From a virus, in IMG/VR virus record IMGVR_UViG_3300027791_000009, positions 1 through 64,000 of that record: a stretch of DNA of 64,000 bases. One strand, written 5' to 3'. Made by a program: the position numbers and the translations under genes. Shown here one piece after another: positions 26,898 to 35,167 of this stretch. Below the pieces are notes generated by a model. It ran no database searches, was not told the DNA's origin, and worked only from the letters and a program-made list of their open reading frames with translations. The number at the start of each line of letters is the position of its first letter. Within the stretch, counting starts at the first letter, position 1.

Positions 26898-27965
26898 ATG
26901 GGTATTTTAGCATTTTTATCAGCAATCAGTATATCAAGTGTAGCAGCTTTGTATAGTATATTAGGTCTTGCCGCCATCTTTAGTGGTGCAAAGATACCTA
27001 TTATGATTATGGGTGGTGTGTTGGAGGTAGGTAAACTTGTTACCGCCTCTTGGTTATATCAAAACTGGAAGAACAAAGAATTACCAAAAACAATTAAATA
27101 CTACTTGACAACCTCCGTAGTTGTGTTAGTATTTGTTACCTCTATGGGTATATTTGGTTATCTATCAAAGGCACACCTAGACCAGGTTGTTCCTACTTCA
27201 TCTAATACAGCGAAAGTTGAGTTGATTGATAAACGAATACTACAAGAAGAACGAATAATAGAACGAGCAGAAAATACTTTATTGCAGTTAGATAAGTCTA
27301 TTGAGGTATTTCTAAAGAACGACTTTGCGACAAGAGGTTTAAGAGAACGAAAAAAACAAGAAGAAGAGAGAAACGAACTTAAACTTACAATAGATAAGTC
27401 AATGGATAACATAGACAACTATATGTTAGACAAGAATACATATGAATTAGAACAATCAAAGATAGAAGCAGAAGTAGGTCCTCTAAAATATATTGCTGAA
27501 CTGATATATGGAGACAATGCAAAAGACCACTTTGATGAAGCCGTAAGGTGGGTAATCATTGTATTGATATTTGTATTTGACCCTCTTGCAGTATTACTAT
27601 TGATTGCAGCCAACATATCTCTAGCACAATGGTCTTCAGGTAGAAAGAAGAAAAAAGAATTAACAATGAGACAACTTGATTTGCAGATTGCGAAAGAGAA
27701 CACGAAGCATAAAGAGAGTAAGAAACAGATTGACAACTACAAAGACTTCTTTACGAAGTTAGCAGGTAAACAATTATCAAATGAAGACTATGAGAAGTTT
27801 TTTACCATACTAGGTCATAAAGAGTTAAGAGAAATGGGTCTGGATCCTGATGAGATTCGTATTAAAATGGACCAAGTATTAGACTGGAATGCTACCGAAG
27901 TAAGAGAAACACCTTCAAAAAACGACAAAACATTAGTGAAATCAATGCTTGACAAAGACAACTAG
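26898..27965 (+). CDS. multi-TM coiled-coil membrane protein
   Basis: LEVGKLV, TSMGIFGYLSKAH, EVGPLKYIAE, IFVFDPLAV. Confidence 0.8.
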   Translation: MGILAFLSAISISSVAALYSILGLAAIFSGAKIPIMIMGGVLEVGKLVTASWLYQNWKNKELPKTIKYYLTTSVVVLVFVTSMGIFGYLSKAHLDQVVPTSSNTAKVELIDKRILQEERIIERAENTLLQLDKSIEVFLKNDFATRGLRERKKQEEERNELKLTIDKSMDNIDNYMLDKNTYELEQSKIEAEVGPLKYIAELIYGDNAKDHFDEAVRWVIIVLIFVFDPLAVLLLIAANISLAQWSSGRKKKKELTMRQLDLQIAKENTKHKESKKQIDNYKDFFTKLAGKQLSNEDYEKFFTILGHKELREMGLDPDEIRIKMDQVLDWNATEVRETPSKNDKTLVKSMLDKDN

Positions 27966-27977
27966 GAGTGATATAAT
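27949..27977 (+). promoter_or_regulatory. sigma70-type promoter
   Basis: TTGACA-N17-TATAAT. Confidence 0.8.
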
Positions 27978-27983
27978 ATGACT

Positions 27984-28124
27984 ATGATTTACACAAAAGA
28001 GAGACAAGACGAACTTGTAGCAAACGCAGCTAGAATGATGAACAATGCGACCAACAAATGGTCAACTATGTACTGGACTGGTGTATGGAAACAACTATGT
28101 ATTAAATTCGGAAAGGTTAATTAG
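27984..28124 (+). CDS. small hypothetical protein (not in track)
   Basis: MIYTKERQDELVANAARMM...YWTGVWKQL; its stop overlaps the next GTG. Confidence 0.65.
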   Translation: MIYTKERQDELVANAARMMNNATNKWSTMYWTGVWKQLCIKFGKVN

Positions 28125-28714
28125 TGAATATATTTGTATTAGATAAAGACCCTGTAATCGCAGCCAAGATGAGTTGTGATAAACATATTGTAAAGATGAT
28201 ACTAGAGAGCGCTCAAATGCTATGTACAGCAAAAAGAGTTGCAGACGGTGAATTGTATATGGCAAAAACAAAGAACGGTAGAGATATCAAAAGATGGCGA
28301 CTACCTAACTCTAACGAAGAAGCAGTTATATACAAGGCAGGTTGGCTAGGTCACCCTAGTACTAAGTGGGTAATGGAATCTGCTTACAATTATACTTGGT
28401 TGTTCAAACATTTTAAAGCATTGAACGAAGAATTTATGGAAAGATTTCCTAAGAACAAACCATTAGGTCATAAGTCTTTTCAGTTGCTAGGTGATATTCT
28501 AAAAGACCCACCTGTAAATGCAACACTAAATAAAATTATGACACTACCAACACCTGCTATGCCAGAAGAATGTAAAGTCTTCAATGAAGGTGTTATTGAT
28601 GTAGTTGCGAGTTATCGTAAATACTATATTATGAAAAAGGTAGGTTTTGCTAGATGGTCACATCCTGGTAAAACACCTGAATGGTTTACAGAAGGAGTTG
28701 CTAATGTCGGTTGA
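28124..28714 (+). CDS. pyrimidine-dimer DNA glycosylase / endonuclease V-like protein
   Basis: MNIFVLDKDP..AA...CDKHIVKMILESAQML, HPST.W, AMP, YRKYY. Confidence 0.8.
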   Translation: MNIFVLDKDPVIAAKMSCDKHIVKMILESAQMLCTAKRVADGELYMAKTKNGRDIKRWRLPNSNEEAVIYKAGWLGHPSTKWVMESAYNYTWLFKHFKALNEEFMERFPKNKPLGHKSFQLLGDILKDPPVNATLNKIMTLPTPAMPEECKVFNEGVIDVVASYRKYYIMKKVGFARWSHPGKTPEWFTEGVANVG

Positions 28715-28883
28715 GTTTGGCGTACTCTTACTTGTAATCGGTATGTTTTGCACAATAATAGGTTTTCTTATAGCCTTTAAAATTGCAACATATAAAACAA
28801 AAAAAGTTGAAGGTGAAGAAAATGCTTTGACTAATTACCATAGAGATAATATCTATAAATATTATCCTAAGAACAATAAATAG
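28704..28883 (+). CDS. small single-TM protein
   Basis: ATG after RBS AAGGAG; hydrophobic N-terminus. Confidence 0.6.
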   Translation: MSVEFGVLLLVIGMFCTIIGFLIAFKIATYKTKKVEGEENALTNYHRDNIYKYYPKNNK

Positions 28884-28897
28884 AAAGAGGAATAATT

Positions 28898-29284
28898 ATG
28901 ATGATAGAAACATTAGTAGGAAAGACAATTGTACATTTAAATAATATGCAGTTGAGCCATTGGCAAACAAAGAGTTATAGTGAACACGAAGGACTAGGTG
29001 AATACTATACAAAATTAAATACCTTAAATGATAGACTTGTAGAAACATATCAAGGTAATGCAAATCTAAGAGTACACATTGAAAGCGGTCAACACACATT
29101 ACAAAATTATCAATCGTGTGACCATACGGTATCTGAAATCGTACAATACGGACAAGATTTAGCGAAAGCGTCTTATGACTTATCGCAAAAGAATAATTTA
29201 CACCAGTATGAAGATTTACTTTCCATACTTGAAGATATGGCAGAAGCTGTATCACAAGTGCAATATCACTTGTCGTTGAAGTAG
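28898..29284 (+). CDS. ferritin/Dps-like four-helix protein
   Basis: HWQT.SY.EH..LG.YY...D.LVE.YQG; C-terminal Y.LSLK. Confidence 0.75.
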   Translation: MMIETLVGKTIVHLNNMQLSHWQTKSYSEHEGLGEYYTKLNTLNDRLVETYQGNANLRVHIESGQHTLQNYQSCDHTVSEIVQYGQDLAKASYDLSQKNNLHQYEDLLSILEDMAEAVSQVQYHLSLK

Positions 29285-29291
29285 AAAGAAA

Positions 29292-29603
29292 ATGCCATTA
29301 TACTCATTTAAAAATAAGAAAACGGGCAAAGAGTTTGAAGATTTAATGACTATTGCAGAAAAAGAGGTGTACCTGAAGAAGAATAAACATATTCAACAGA
29401 TGGTCACTTCTATAAATATCATTAGTGCAACAGGATATAGTAGCAGAATTAAAAACGACAATGGTTGGAAAGAACTTCAATCAAAGATTGCAGAAAAGAA
29501 TCCTGGCACTCACTTCTCAGCTCAACATGGAAAAGCGTCAACGAAAGATATTAAGACAAGGCAAGTATTAAGAAAACACGGAATATTACCAAGAGAAAGA
29601 TGA
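29292..29603 (+). CDS. FmdB-like small protein (Cys-less)
   Basis: MPLYSFKNKKTGKEFE N-terminus. Confidence 0.65.
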   Translation: MPLYSFKNKKTGKEFEDLMTIAEKEVYLKKNKHIQQMVTSINIISATGYSSRIKNDNGWKELQSKIAEKNPGTHFSAQHGKASTKDIKTRQVLRKHGILPRER

Positions 29604-29830
29604 AATATTTACTACTACTATTGCTGTTCACTCTCACTACCGGTTGTGGTGCAAACCTATCAGGTCTGTTTACACTAGGTGGTATGGGTAGTGCAGTTGC
29701 AAGTAAGAATAGTCTTAGTATAGCGTATAGTACCTTTGACTTAGGTGTTATGGCAACAACAGACAAGAATATTAGAGAACACGCTTTAATAAAACTTGAA
29801 GAACATAAGAAGGAGGACCTAGATGAGTAA
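29600..29830 (+). CDS. small lipoprotein
   Basis: Signal peptide with TTGC lipobox. Confidence 0.65.
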   Translation: MKYLLLLLLFTLTTGCGANLSGLFTLGGMGSAVASKNSLSIAYSTFDLGVMATTDKNIREHALIKLEEHKKEDLDE

Positions 29831-30218
29831 AGACATACCAGATTATATGCGAGGGTTTGATTTAAATGATGAGAGTTGGGGAGTAGGACCTGCTGTTGCA
29901 GAAGTACCTAAATCTGAACCCGGCATTGACCCAAAACAATTAGATAGTCAATCTGCTGAACTATCTGAAATCAAAAATGATGTATCATCTATCAAGTCAG
30001 CGATGAATGAAATTATGCAGATAGTTGCTGAGAAAGATACTATAACAAAAGAACTAACGGATGAAGATGTTGCGAAGAGATTTAAAGATTTAGAAAAAAT
30101 CGTTTTACCTTTTCTATACAATTTATCTAAAACAGAGGAACCTTATATTCATTGGCCAAACAGAGGACCAATTATTAAGGCACAGATTGAGAAAATACTC
30201 AAGCTAACAAGAGGATAA
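29823..30218 (+). CDS. conserved hypothetical protein
   Basis: LP.L.NL.K....YI.WPNR motif. Confidence 0.75.
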   Translation: MSKDIPDYMRGFDLNDESWGVGPAVAEVPKSEPGIDPKQLDSQSAELSEIKNDVSSIKSAMNEIMQIVAEKDTITKELTDEDVAKRFKDLEKIVLPFLYNLSKTEEPYIHWPNRGPIIKAQIEKILKLTRG

Positions 30219-30225
30219 AACAAAA

Positions 30226-30696
30226 ATGAAATTAAGTAAAAATTTTAGTCTAAAGGAACTAACTGCTTCGCAGACAGCGGAACGGAAAGGTATTAATAAT
30301 AATCCTAATGACGACCAAATTACTTCTATGCAAAAGTTGTGTGAAAACATCTTACAACCAGTAAGAGACCATTACGCTACACCGGTAACGGTATCAAGCG
30401 GATTCCGAAGTGAGGAATTATGTGTATCTATTGGAAGTAGTGTTAACTCTCAACACGCAAAAGGTCAAGCGGCCGACTTTGAAATCTTTGGGGTACCCAA
30501 TGCTGAACTAGCAAAATGGATATCTGAAAATTTAGATTTTGACCAATTGATACTAGAATTCCATAAGACAGATGAACCTAACAGCGGTTGGATTCATTGC
30601 TCATACAAGTCTACTACAGACAATAGAAAACAGACTTTAAGAGCATTTAGAAATGAAAGTGGTAAGACACAATACGAAGAATACAAACCAGCATGA
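30226..30696 (+). CDS. peptidase M15A (Zn D-Ala-D-Ala peptidase; endolysin candidate)
   Basis: LSKNFSL.E, SSGFR, SQHAKGQAAD, WIHCSY. Confidence 0.9.
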   Translation: MKLSKNFSLKELTASQTAERKGINNNPNDDQITSMQKLCENILQPVRDHYATPVTVSSGFRSEELCVSIGSSVNSQHAKGQAADFEIFGVPNAELAKWISENLDFDQLILEFHKTDEPNSGWIHCSYKSTTDNRKQTLRAFRNESGKTQYEEYKPA

Positions 30697-30760
30697 GCTC
30701 TCGGTGAGTTTTCTAAAGACGATATAAACGATATGTACACAAAGAAAGGTGCATAGGTGC

Positions 30761-30789
30761 TTGACAAGTGTTCATTATGATGTTATAAT
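30761..30789 (+). promoter_or_regulatory. sigma70-type promoter
   Basis: TTGACA-N17-TATAAT. Confidence 0.85.
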
Positions 30790-30821
30790 GAGTGATAATT
30801 AAATAAGATAAGGATTAAATA

Positions 30822-31520
30822 ATGGCTAAAGAATTTAAATTTGCTGAATTGAACAAGGACTTACTGCCTAATACGAAAGGTCGTAGACAAGATGGTATTC
30901 GTTTTTACGAAGTTGAAGGACAAAACTATCCTTCTGTAACCTCTATTTTAGGTATCAGAAAAACTGATGGTCTAAAGAAGTGGCGTGAAAGTATCGGCGA
31001 AGATGTCGCTAACTTTGAAATGCGAAGAGCCGCAAACCGTGGTAAAGCAACTCACAATCTAGTAGAGAACTATATCAAAGGTGAAACGCCTAGTGAAAGA
31101 GGTGTACTACCTCTTGGTCTATTCCGACTAATGAAACCATACCTAGAAAATCTAGGTGACATACACTTGATTGAAGCAATCATGTATTCAAAAGAGTTAA
31201 CACTTGCTGGACAAGTAGATTGTATCGCTCAATATAGAGATAAACTTTCTGTAATTGACTTTAAAACTGCTAACAAAGCAAAGATTGAAGAGTGGATTGA
31301 TAATTACTTTTTACAGACAACTGCCTATGCAGTAATGTATGAGGAGACATTCGGTACACCGATAGAACAAATCGTAGTGTTAATTGCAGGTGAAGACGGT
31401 TCTATGCAAGAGTGGATTAAGAAACCAGAAGATTACAAACCACAATTGATGGAATCAATCAAAGAATTTTATAAATATTACGAAAACAAAAAGTTAGAAA
31501 CAGCGAATAAAACTACATAA
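30822..31520 (+). CDS. PD-(D/E)xK exonuclease
   Basis: YPSVTSIL, RG...H, AGQVDC, IDFKT, Q..AY. Confidence 0.88.
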   Translation: MAKEFKFAELNKDLLPNTKGRRQDGIRFYEVEGQNYPSVTSILGIRKTDGLKKWRESIGEDVANFEMRRAANRGKATHNLVENYIKGETPSERGVLPLGLFRLMKPYLENLGDIHLIEAIMYSKELTLAGQVDCIAQYRDKLSVIDFKTANKAKIEEWIDNYFLQTTAYAVMYEETFGTPIEQIVVLIAGEDGSMQEWIKKPEDYKPQLMESIKEFYKYYENKKLETANKTT

Positions 31521-31546
31521 TTGTTTCTACAAACAAAAGGTAAACA

Positions 31547-31876
31547 ATGTTAAAGAAACTATTAATCATTGTAATGTTTGTGATGACAAGTAATTATGTT
31601 AGTGCCAACAACGATATATTCTATCAGAACCAAGCACCTATAATGTGTACTACTCCTGTTCAAATGGACCAATTTTTGAACGATAATGGAATGAAACCAT
31701 ATAGTCTTGGATTTGGAAGAAACGGTGGCACTATAGATGGCGATATTGTTTTTGCTTTATCGCATTGGAAGAATGAAGACGGTACTATGATAGCTGTTAT
31801 AGAGACACCAGCAAACGGAGAAAAGTGCATGGTGTACATGATATTTAATTATAACGAAGTCATACAAAAGAATTAA
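31547..31876 (+). CDS. secreted hypothetical protein
   Basis: Signal peptide; two Cys. Confidence 0.7.
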   Translation: MLKKLLIIVMFVMTSNYVSANNDIFYQNQAPIMCTTPVQMDQFLNDNGMKPYSLGFGRNGGTIDGDIVFALSHWKNEDGTMIAVIETPANGEKCMVYMIFNYNEVIQKN

Positions 31877-31879
31877 TTG

Positions 31880-32100
31880 TAGATGGTGGTGTAAGAACCG
31901 TGCTGGACATGGGGGCAGTACCCATCACCTCCACCAAAATATATGGGGGTGAACTAGGATCGACAGACGCAGATGACCCATTGGAGATTAATAGTTGGCG
32001 AACTTAAACGCATTTTAAATGGCGAAGCAAATTTTGCCCTTGCTGCCTAGTTAATAGGTAACGGAGTTTGAGAGGTACTTGGCAACAGAAACTTCTCGTT
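31880..32100 (+). ncRNA. ssrA: two-piece (circularly permuted) tmRNA, alphaproteobacterial type; tag (A)GEANFALAA
   Basis: T-arm ATGGG-GGCAGTA-CCCAT, then CACCTCC-A-CCA ending 31936; 8-nt spacer; 5' stem GGGGGTG at 31945 with G3-U pair; GGATCGAC; tag frame 32021-32050. Outer ends approximate. Confidence 0.93.
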
Positions 32101-32117
32101 TTCAAAAGGAGAGAGAA

Positions 32118-32390
32118 ATGAAAACAATATTTCTAGTAGTTGCAATACTACTAAACACAGAAGGAGATAGAACTCCTAGATATCACCCTGCTTATCAGTT
32201 TGATACTCTACCAGAATGTATGGACTTTGTTCAAGGAAATAATAATGGTTTAGTTATGGGTCTAATGATGAAGTTAAGAGAAGAAAACGACAACAGCAGA
32301 ATAATCAATATAGGTTGTGGTGAAATGAGTCCAGAAGACGCAGATAAGATTATGAATGACTATCAGCAGAAACCTGGTGTTAGTGCTTGA
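32118..32390 (+). CDS. hypothetical protein with hydrophobic N-terminus
   Basis: ATG after AAGGAG; the tracked TTG start lies inside the tmRNA. Confidence 0.7.
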   Translation: MKTIFLVVAILLNTEGDRTPRYHPAYQFDTLPECMDFVQGNNNGLVMGLMMKLREENDNSRIINIGCGEMSPEDADKIMNDYQQKPGVSA

Positions 32391-32415
32391 CAAACCCGAT
32401 TAATTATAGTATAGT
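32387..32415 (+). promoter_or_regulatory. sigma70-type promoter
   Basis: TTGACA-N17-TATAGT. Confidence 0.75.
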
Positions 32416-32421
32416 GAGAAC

Positions 32422-32631
32422 ATGAATAGCAAACAATTTAGTTTAGAAATAGAAGCCTTCAAAAAAGAGAAGAGAACATCTTATATGGATGCCATTGTTC
32501 TTTATTGCGAAGAAAGAGAGATTGACACGGCAACGGTTGGTCCATTAATTAACAAAGCGCTAAAAGAGAAGGTAGCGTTAGAGTGTCAGAAGTTAAATCT
32601 GTTACCTAAAACAAGTGAACTACCTATATAA
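32422..32631 (+). CDS. 33: late-promoter transcription coactivator (T4 gp33)
   Basis: FS.EIE...SYMDAI..YCE...LI.K.LKEK..E...LNLL; synteny 33-59-32. Confidence 0.9.
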   Translation: MNSKQFSLEIEAFKKEKRTSYMDAIVLYCEEREIDTATVGPLINKALKEKVALECQKLNLLPKTSELPI

Positions 32632-33236
32632 TGTATGGAGGATTTGATGTATTTAAAATTTGGCTGGGTATTAAACTTCACTTTACTACCAACACATACG
32701 ACTATATCACCTATGGAGGTAAAGTCAATTGCAAACTAGAGACATTTACAAAACGAAATGACAAATACTTCTTTCACAAACTTTCTAAAAAATATAATGC
32801 AGAAGAAGCAGTTGACTTCTTTGTGTCAAACTTTTTACACCAAGATAAAGCTTGGATTGGCAATCTTGCTAAGTCTGATGGGCACGATATATACTTTGAT
32901 TACAAGAAGCGTAAAGATAGTTTTACTTATCAGTTTAGGAGTGAGTGTAGTAGTATTAGGAATAATATGGATACTAAGCGCTTGTCTTTTGATGACCTTT
33001 ATGTGGTTAATCGAGGTCAACATCCAATCTTTTTCAAGCTTCTCTTATCTAAACAAATTAGTTATGAAACTTTTGTGGTCTTTGAAGAGTTATTGGGATT
33101 TACTAGAAAATGGAATAAAGAGATTGAAGAAAAAGTAGTTTGGCCTATCTATGCTAAACGACTAAAGAAGTTTGCACCGTTCTTACGGTACAATAGAACA
33201 GAAACGAAGTTAATAATGAAAGAGATATTTAATTGA
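32631..33236 (+). CDS. 59: helicase loader (T4 gp59)
   Basis: IKLHFT...YDY..YGGK...F.KR.D.YFF.KL. Confidence 0.92.
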   Translation: MYGGFDVFKIWLGIKLHFTTNTYDYITYGGKVNCKLETFTKRNDKYFFHKLSKKYNAEEAVDFFVSNFLHQDKAWIGNLAKSDGHDIYFDYKKRKDSFTYQFRSECSSIRNNMDTKRLSFDDLYVVNRGQHPIFFKLLLSKQISYETFVVFEELLGFTRKWNKEIEEKVVWPIYAKRLKKFAPFLRYNRTETKLIMKEIFN

Positions 33237-33553
33237 GCAGTATGACAGACGAATATAAAAAGAAACTTGACGATAAGATTAAAGAATTAAATAGTACCAG
33301 AGTTTTTAAAAAGATAACACCTAAAGGTGACTTATCATGGTACATTAAATGGTTTTCTAGTGTTGTTATTCTCACTGGAATGGTTCTAACGGCGACTAAT
33401 ATACACCCATTAAACCTCTATTTTCACTTTGTAGGTGTAATAGGTTGGCTAATAGTAGGTATGTTATGGCACGATAGAGCATTGATTATGTTAAATGGAG
33501 TAGCGATTGCTATATTTGCTATGGGCATTATAAATGCTTATACAGGTGCTTGA
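33233..33553 (+). CDS. small 3-TM membrane protein
   Basis: WYIKW...IHPLN...GVIGWLIVGMLWHDRALIMLN. Confidence 0.75.
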   Translation: MSSMTDEYKKKLDDKIKELNSTRVFKKITPKGDLSWYIKWFSSVVILTGMVLTATNIHPLNLYFHFVGVIGWLIVGMLWHDRALIMLNGVAIAIFAMGIINAYTGA

Positions 33554-33578
33554 CAAAAGAATAAAGAAAGTGTATAAT
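33550..33578 (+). promoter_or_regulatory. sigma70-type promoter
   Basis: TTGACA-N17-TATAAT. Confidence 0.85.
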
Positions 33579-33585
33579 GAGTACT

Positions 33586-33735
33586 ATGTTTGATAAAATT
33601 GTTTATGGTATATTAGATATCATTGTGGCAACTGCCGAAACTTTACGAACTTCTTATAAGGAGAAAAGTCTTCCTAAAGAGTGTAAAGACAAGTGGATAA
33701 AAGGTTATAATGAGTTTAAAAAGAAGCATAAATAA
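33586..33735 (+). CDS. small hypothetical protein (49 aa, not in track)
   Basis: MFDKIVYGILDIIV...; immediately after the promoter. Confidence 0.6.
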   Translation: MFDKIVYGILDIIVATAETLRTSYKEKSLPKECKDKWIKGYNEFKKKHK

Positions 33736-33760
33736 TAACATATATTATGATACATACAAA

Positions 33761-33799
33761 AATACGATAATACAACAATATAACAATACGATAATACAA
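33761..33799 (+). repeat. 15-nt direct repeat in the gp32 leader (autogenous operator candidate)
   Basis: AATACGATAATACAA at 33761 and 33785. Confidence 0.75.
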
Positions 33800-33811
33800 G
33801 GAGAATAAACT

Positions 33812-34720
33812 ATGGATTTTGAAAATCTAAAGAATAGTCAATCTAATTTTGACAAGTTGACAAAGCAAATCGAGTCAAACCTCAATCCTGAGGATAATGC
33901 TAAAACAAAAAACAAATACCAAGACGACAGATTGTGGAAACCTGAACTAGATAAAACTGGTAATGGTTACGCTGTGTTAAGATTCTTACCAGCACCTAAA
34001 ACAGAAGAAATGCCGTGGGCAAGAGTATGGTCTCACGCTTTTCAAGGACCTGGCGGATGGTACATTGAAAACTCTCTAACTACATTAGGTCAGAAAGACC
34101 CTGTGTCAGAAGAGAATACTATATTATGGAACACAGGTGTAGATAGTGATAAAGAGATTGCTCGTAAGAGAAAAAGAAAATTATCATACTACTCTAATGT
34201 TTATGTAGTGAGTGATCCCAAGCATCCTGAAAACGAAGGCAAAGTTTTCTTATTTAAATTCGGTAAAAAGATTTTTGATAAGATTACAGAAGCAATGCAG
34301 CCAGCGTTTGAAGATGAAAAAGCAATTAACCCATTTGATTTCTGGACAGGTGCAAACTTTAAACTGAAAATCAGAAAAGTTGATGGTTTCTGGAATTACG
34401 ATAAATCTGAATTTGAGGCTGTTAGTCCAGTCACTACCGATGATGAAGCAATCAAAGGTATCTGGAACAAACAATATCCTCTTAAACCATTCCTAGAAGC
34501 AGCAAATTTTAAATCTTATGATGAACTTAAAGAAAAGTATAATCGTGTGGTTGCTGGTTCAAAGAATACCGAGACTGCTAGTGAAATAGACCTCCCACCT
34601 ATTACTAGTAGTGTAGCTGCGACATCTGTTGCAACTGCTTCGGTTCAAAGTAATGAGGCGTCTAGCGGTGAAGATGATGATACATTGTCTTACTTTTCAA
34701 AACTCGCTGAAGACGAATAA
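33812..34720 (+). CDS. 32: single-stranded DNA-binding protein (T4 gp32)
   Basis: DDRLWKP..DK.GNGYAV.RFLP, GGWYIENSLTT, acidic tail. Confidence 0.97.
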   Translation: MDFENLKNSQSNFDKLTKQIESNLNPEDNAKTKNKYQDDRLWKPELDKTGNGYAVLRFLPAPKTEEMPWARVWSHAFQGPGGWYIENSLTTLGQKDPVSEENTILWNTGVDSDKEIARKRKRKLSYYSNVYVVSDPKHPENEGKVFLFKFGKKIFDKITEAMQPAFEDEKAINPFDFWTGANFKLKIRKVDGFWNYDKSEFEAVSPVTTDDEAIKGIWNKQYPLKPFLEAANFKSYDELKEKYNRVVAGSKNTETASEIDLPPITSSVAATSVATASVQSNEASSGEDDDTLSYFSKLAEDE

Positions 34721-34751
34721 TCTCTCTCTTTCCACATTACTTTAATGGCAT

Positions 34752-34778
34752 AGGGGTCCTTTCTGGACCCCTTTGTTT
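34752..34778 (+). terminator. intrinsic terminator
   Basis: AGGGGTCC-tttct-GGACCCCT then TTGTTT. Confidence 0.85.
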
Positions 34779-34779
34779 A

Positions 34780-34787
34780 TATAAATA
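34780..34787 (+). promoter_or_regulatory. T4-type late promoter
   Basis: TATAAATA. Confidence 0.75.
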
Positions 34788-34851
34788 GAACTAAAACAAA
34801 CCACTACATTATTCTAAATCACATATTGAATTGCAAGGTTAAAGGATACTT

Positions 34852-35166
34852 ATGCAATTAACAGACATTTTCAAAAAGAACATAGTAATGGTACCTGTTG
34901 TGGCCTCAATATTAGTTGGGTCGTTCACTGGTATTAAATATGTAATTAATCTTACAGATACTATAAACGCAAATAAAATAGAACTAACTAATTTACACAG
35001 AGACATAAAAGTTGTAAAGGAATCTAATTTAGATTTAAAAGACAGACTATCCAGAGCAGAAGGTACTTGGGATATGGCTGAAAACCTATACAGAGAACTT
35101 GCAGAAAAAGTTAGAGACCAAGCTTGGGATATCAAAGACCTTAGCAGAGAAGTAAACGGTAACTAA
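34852..35166 (+). CDS. N-terminal TM plus coiled-coil protein
   Basis: IVMVPVVASILVGSFTGI TM; heptads. Confidence 0.75.
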   Translation: MQLTDIFKKNIVMVPVVASILVGSFTGIKYVINLTDTINANKIELTNLHRDIKVVKESNLDLKDRLSRAEGTWDMAENLYRELAEKVRDQAWDIKDLSREVNGN

Positions 35167-35167
35167 C

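Noticed and set aside
30694-30756. Genome-wide UGA reassignment or selenocysteine insertion
   Set aside because: Other TGA codons behave as true stops (9872 and 43976 are followed by TAA, 21807 by TGA); the position is not a catalytic Cys site and no convincing SECIS spacing is present
30822-31520. Cas4-like nuclease suggesting a CRISPR system
   Set aside because: Common phage PD-(D/E)xK exonuclease lacking the Cas4 Cys cluster; no repeat-spacer array or other cas genes seen in the window
31905-31965. tRNA-Ala gene
   Set aside because: The halves are in permuted order, there is no anticodon arm and a tag frame follows; it is tmRNA
32079-32117. TTG-initiated N-terminal extension of ORF 32079
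   Set aside because: Lies within the tmRNA 3' region; ATG 32118 has a proper SD
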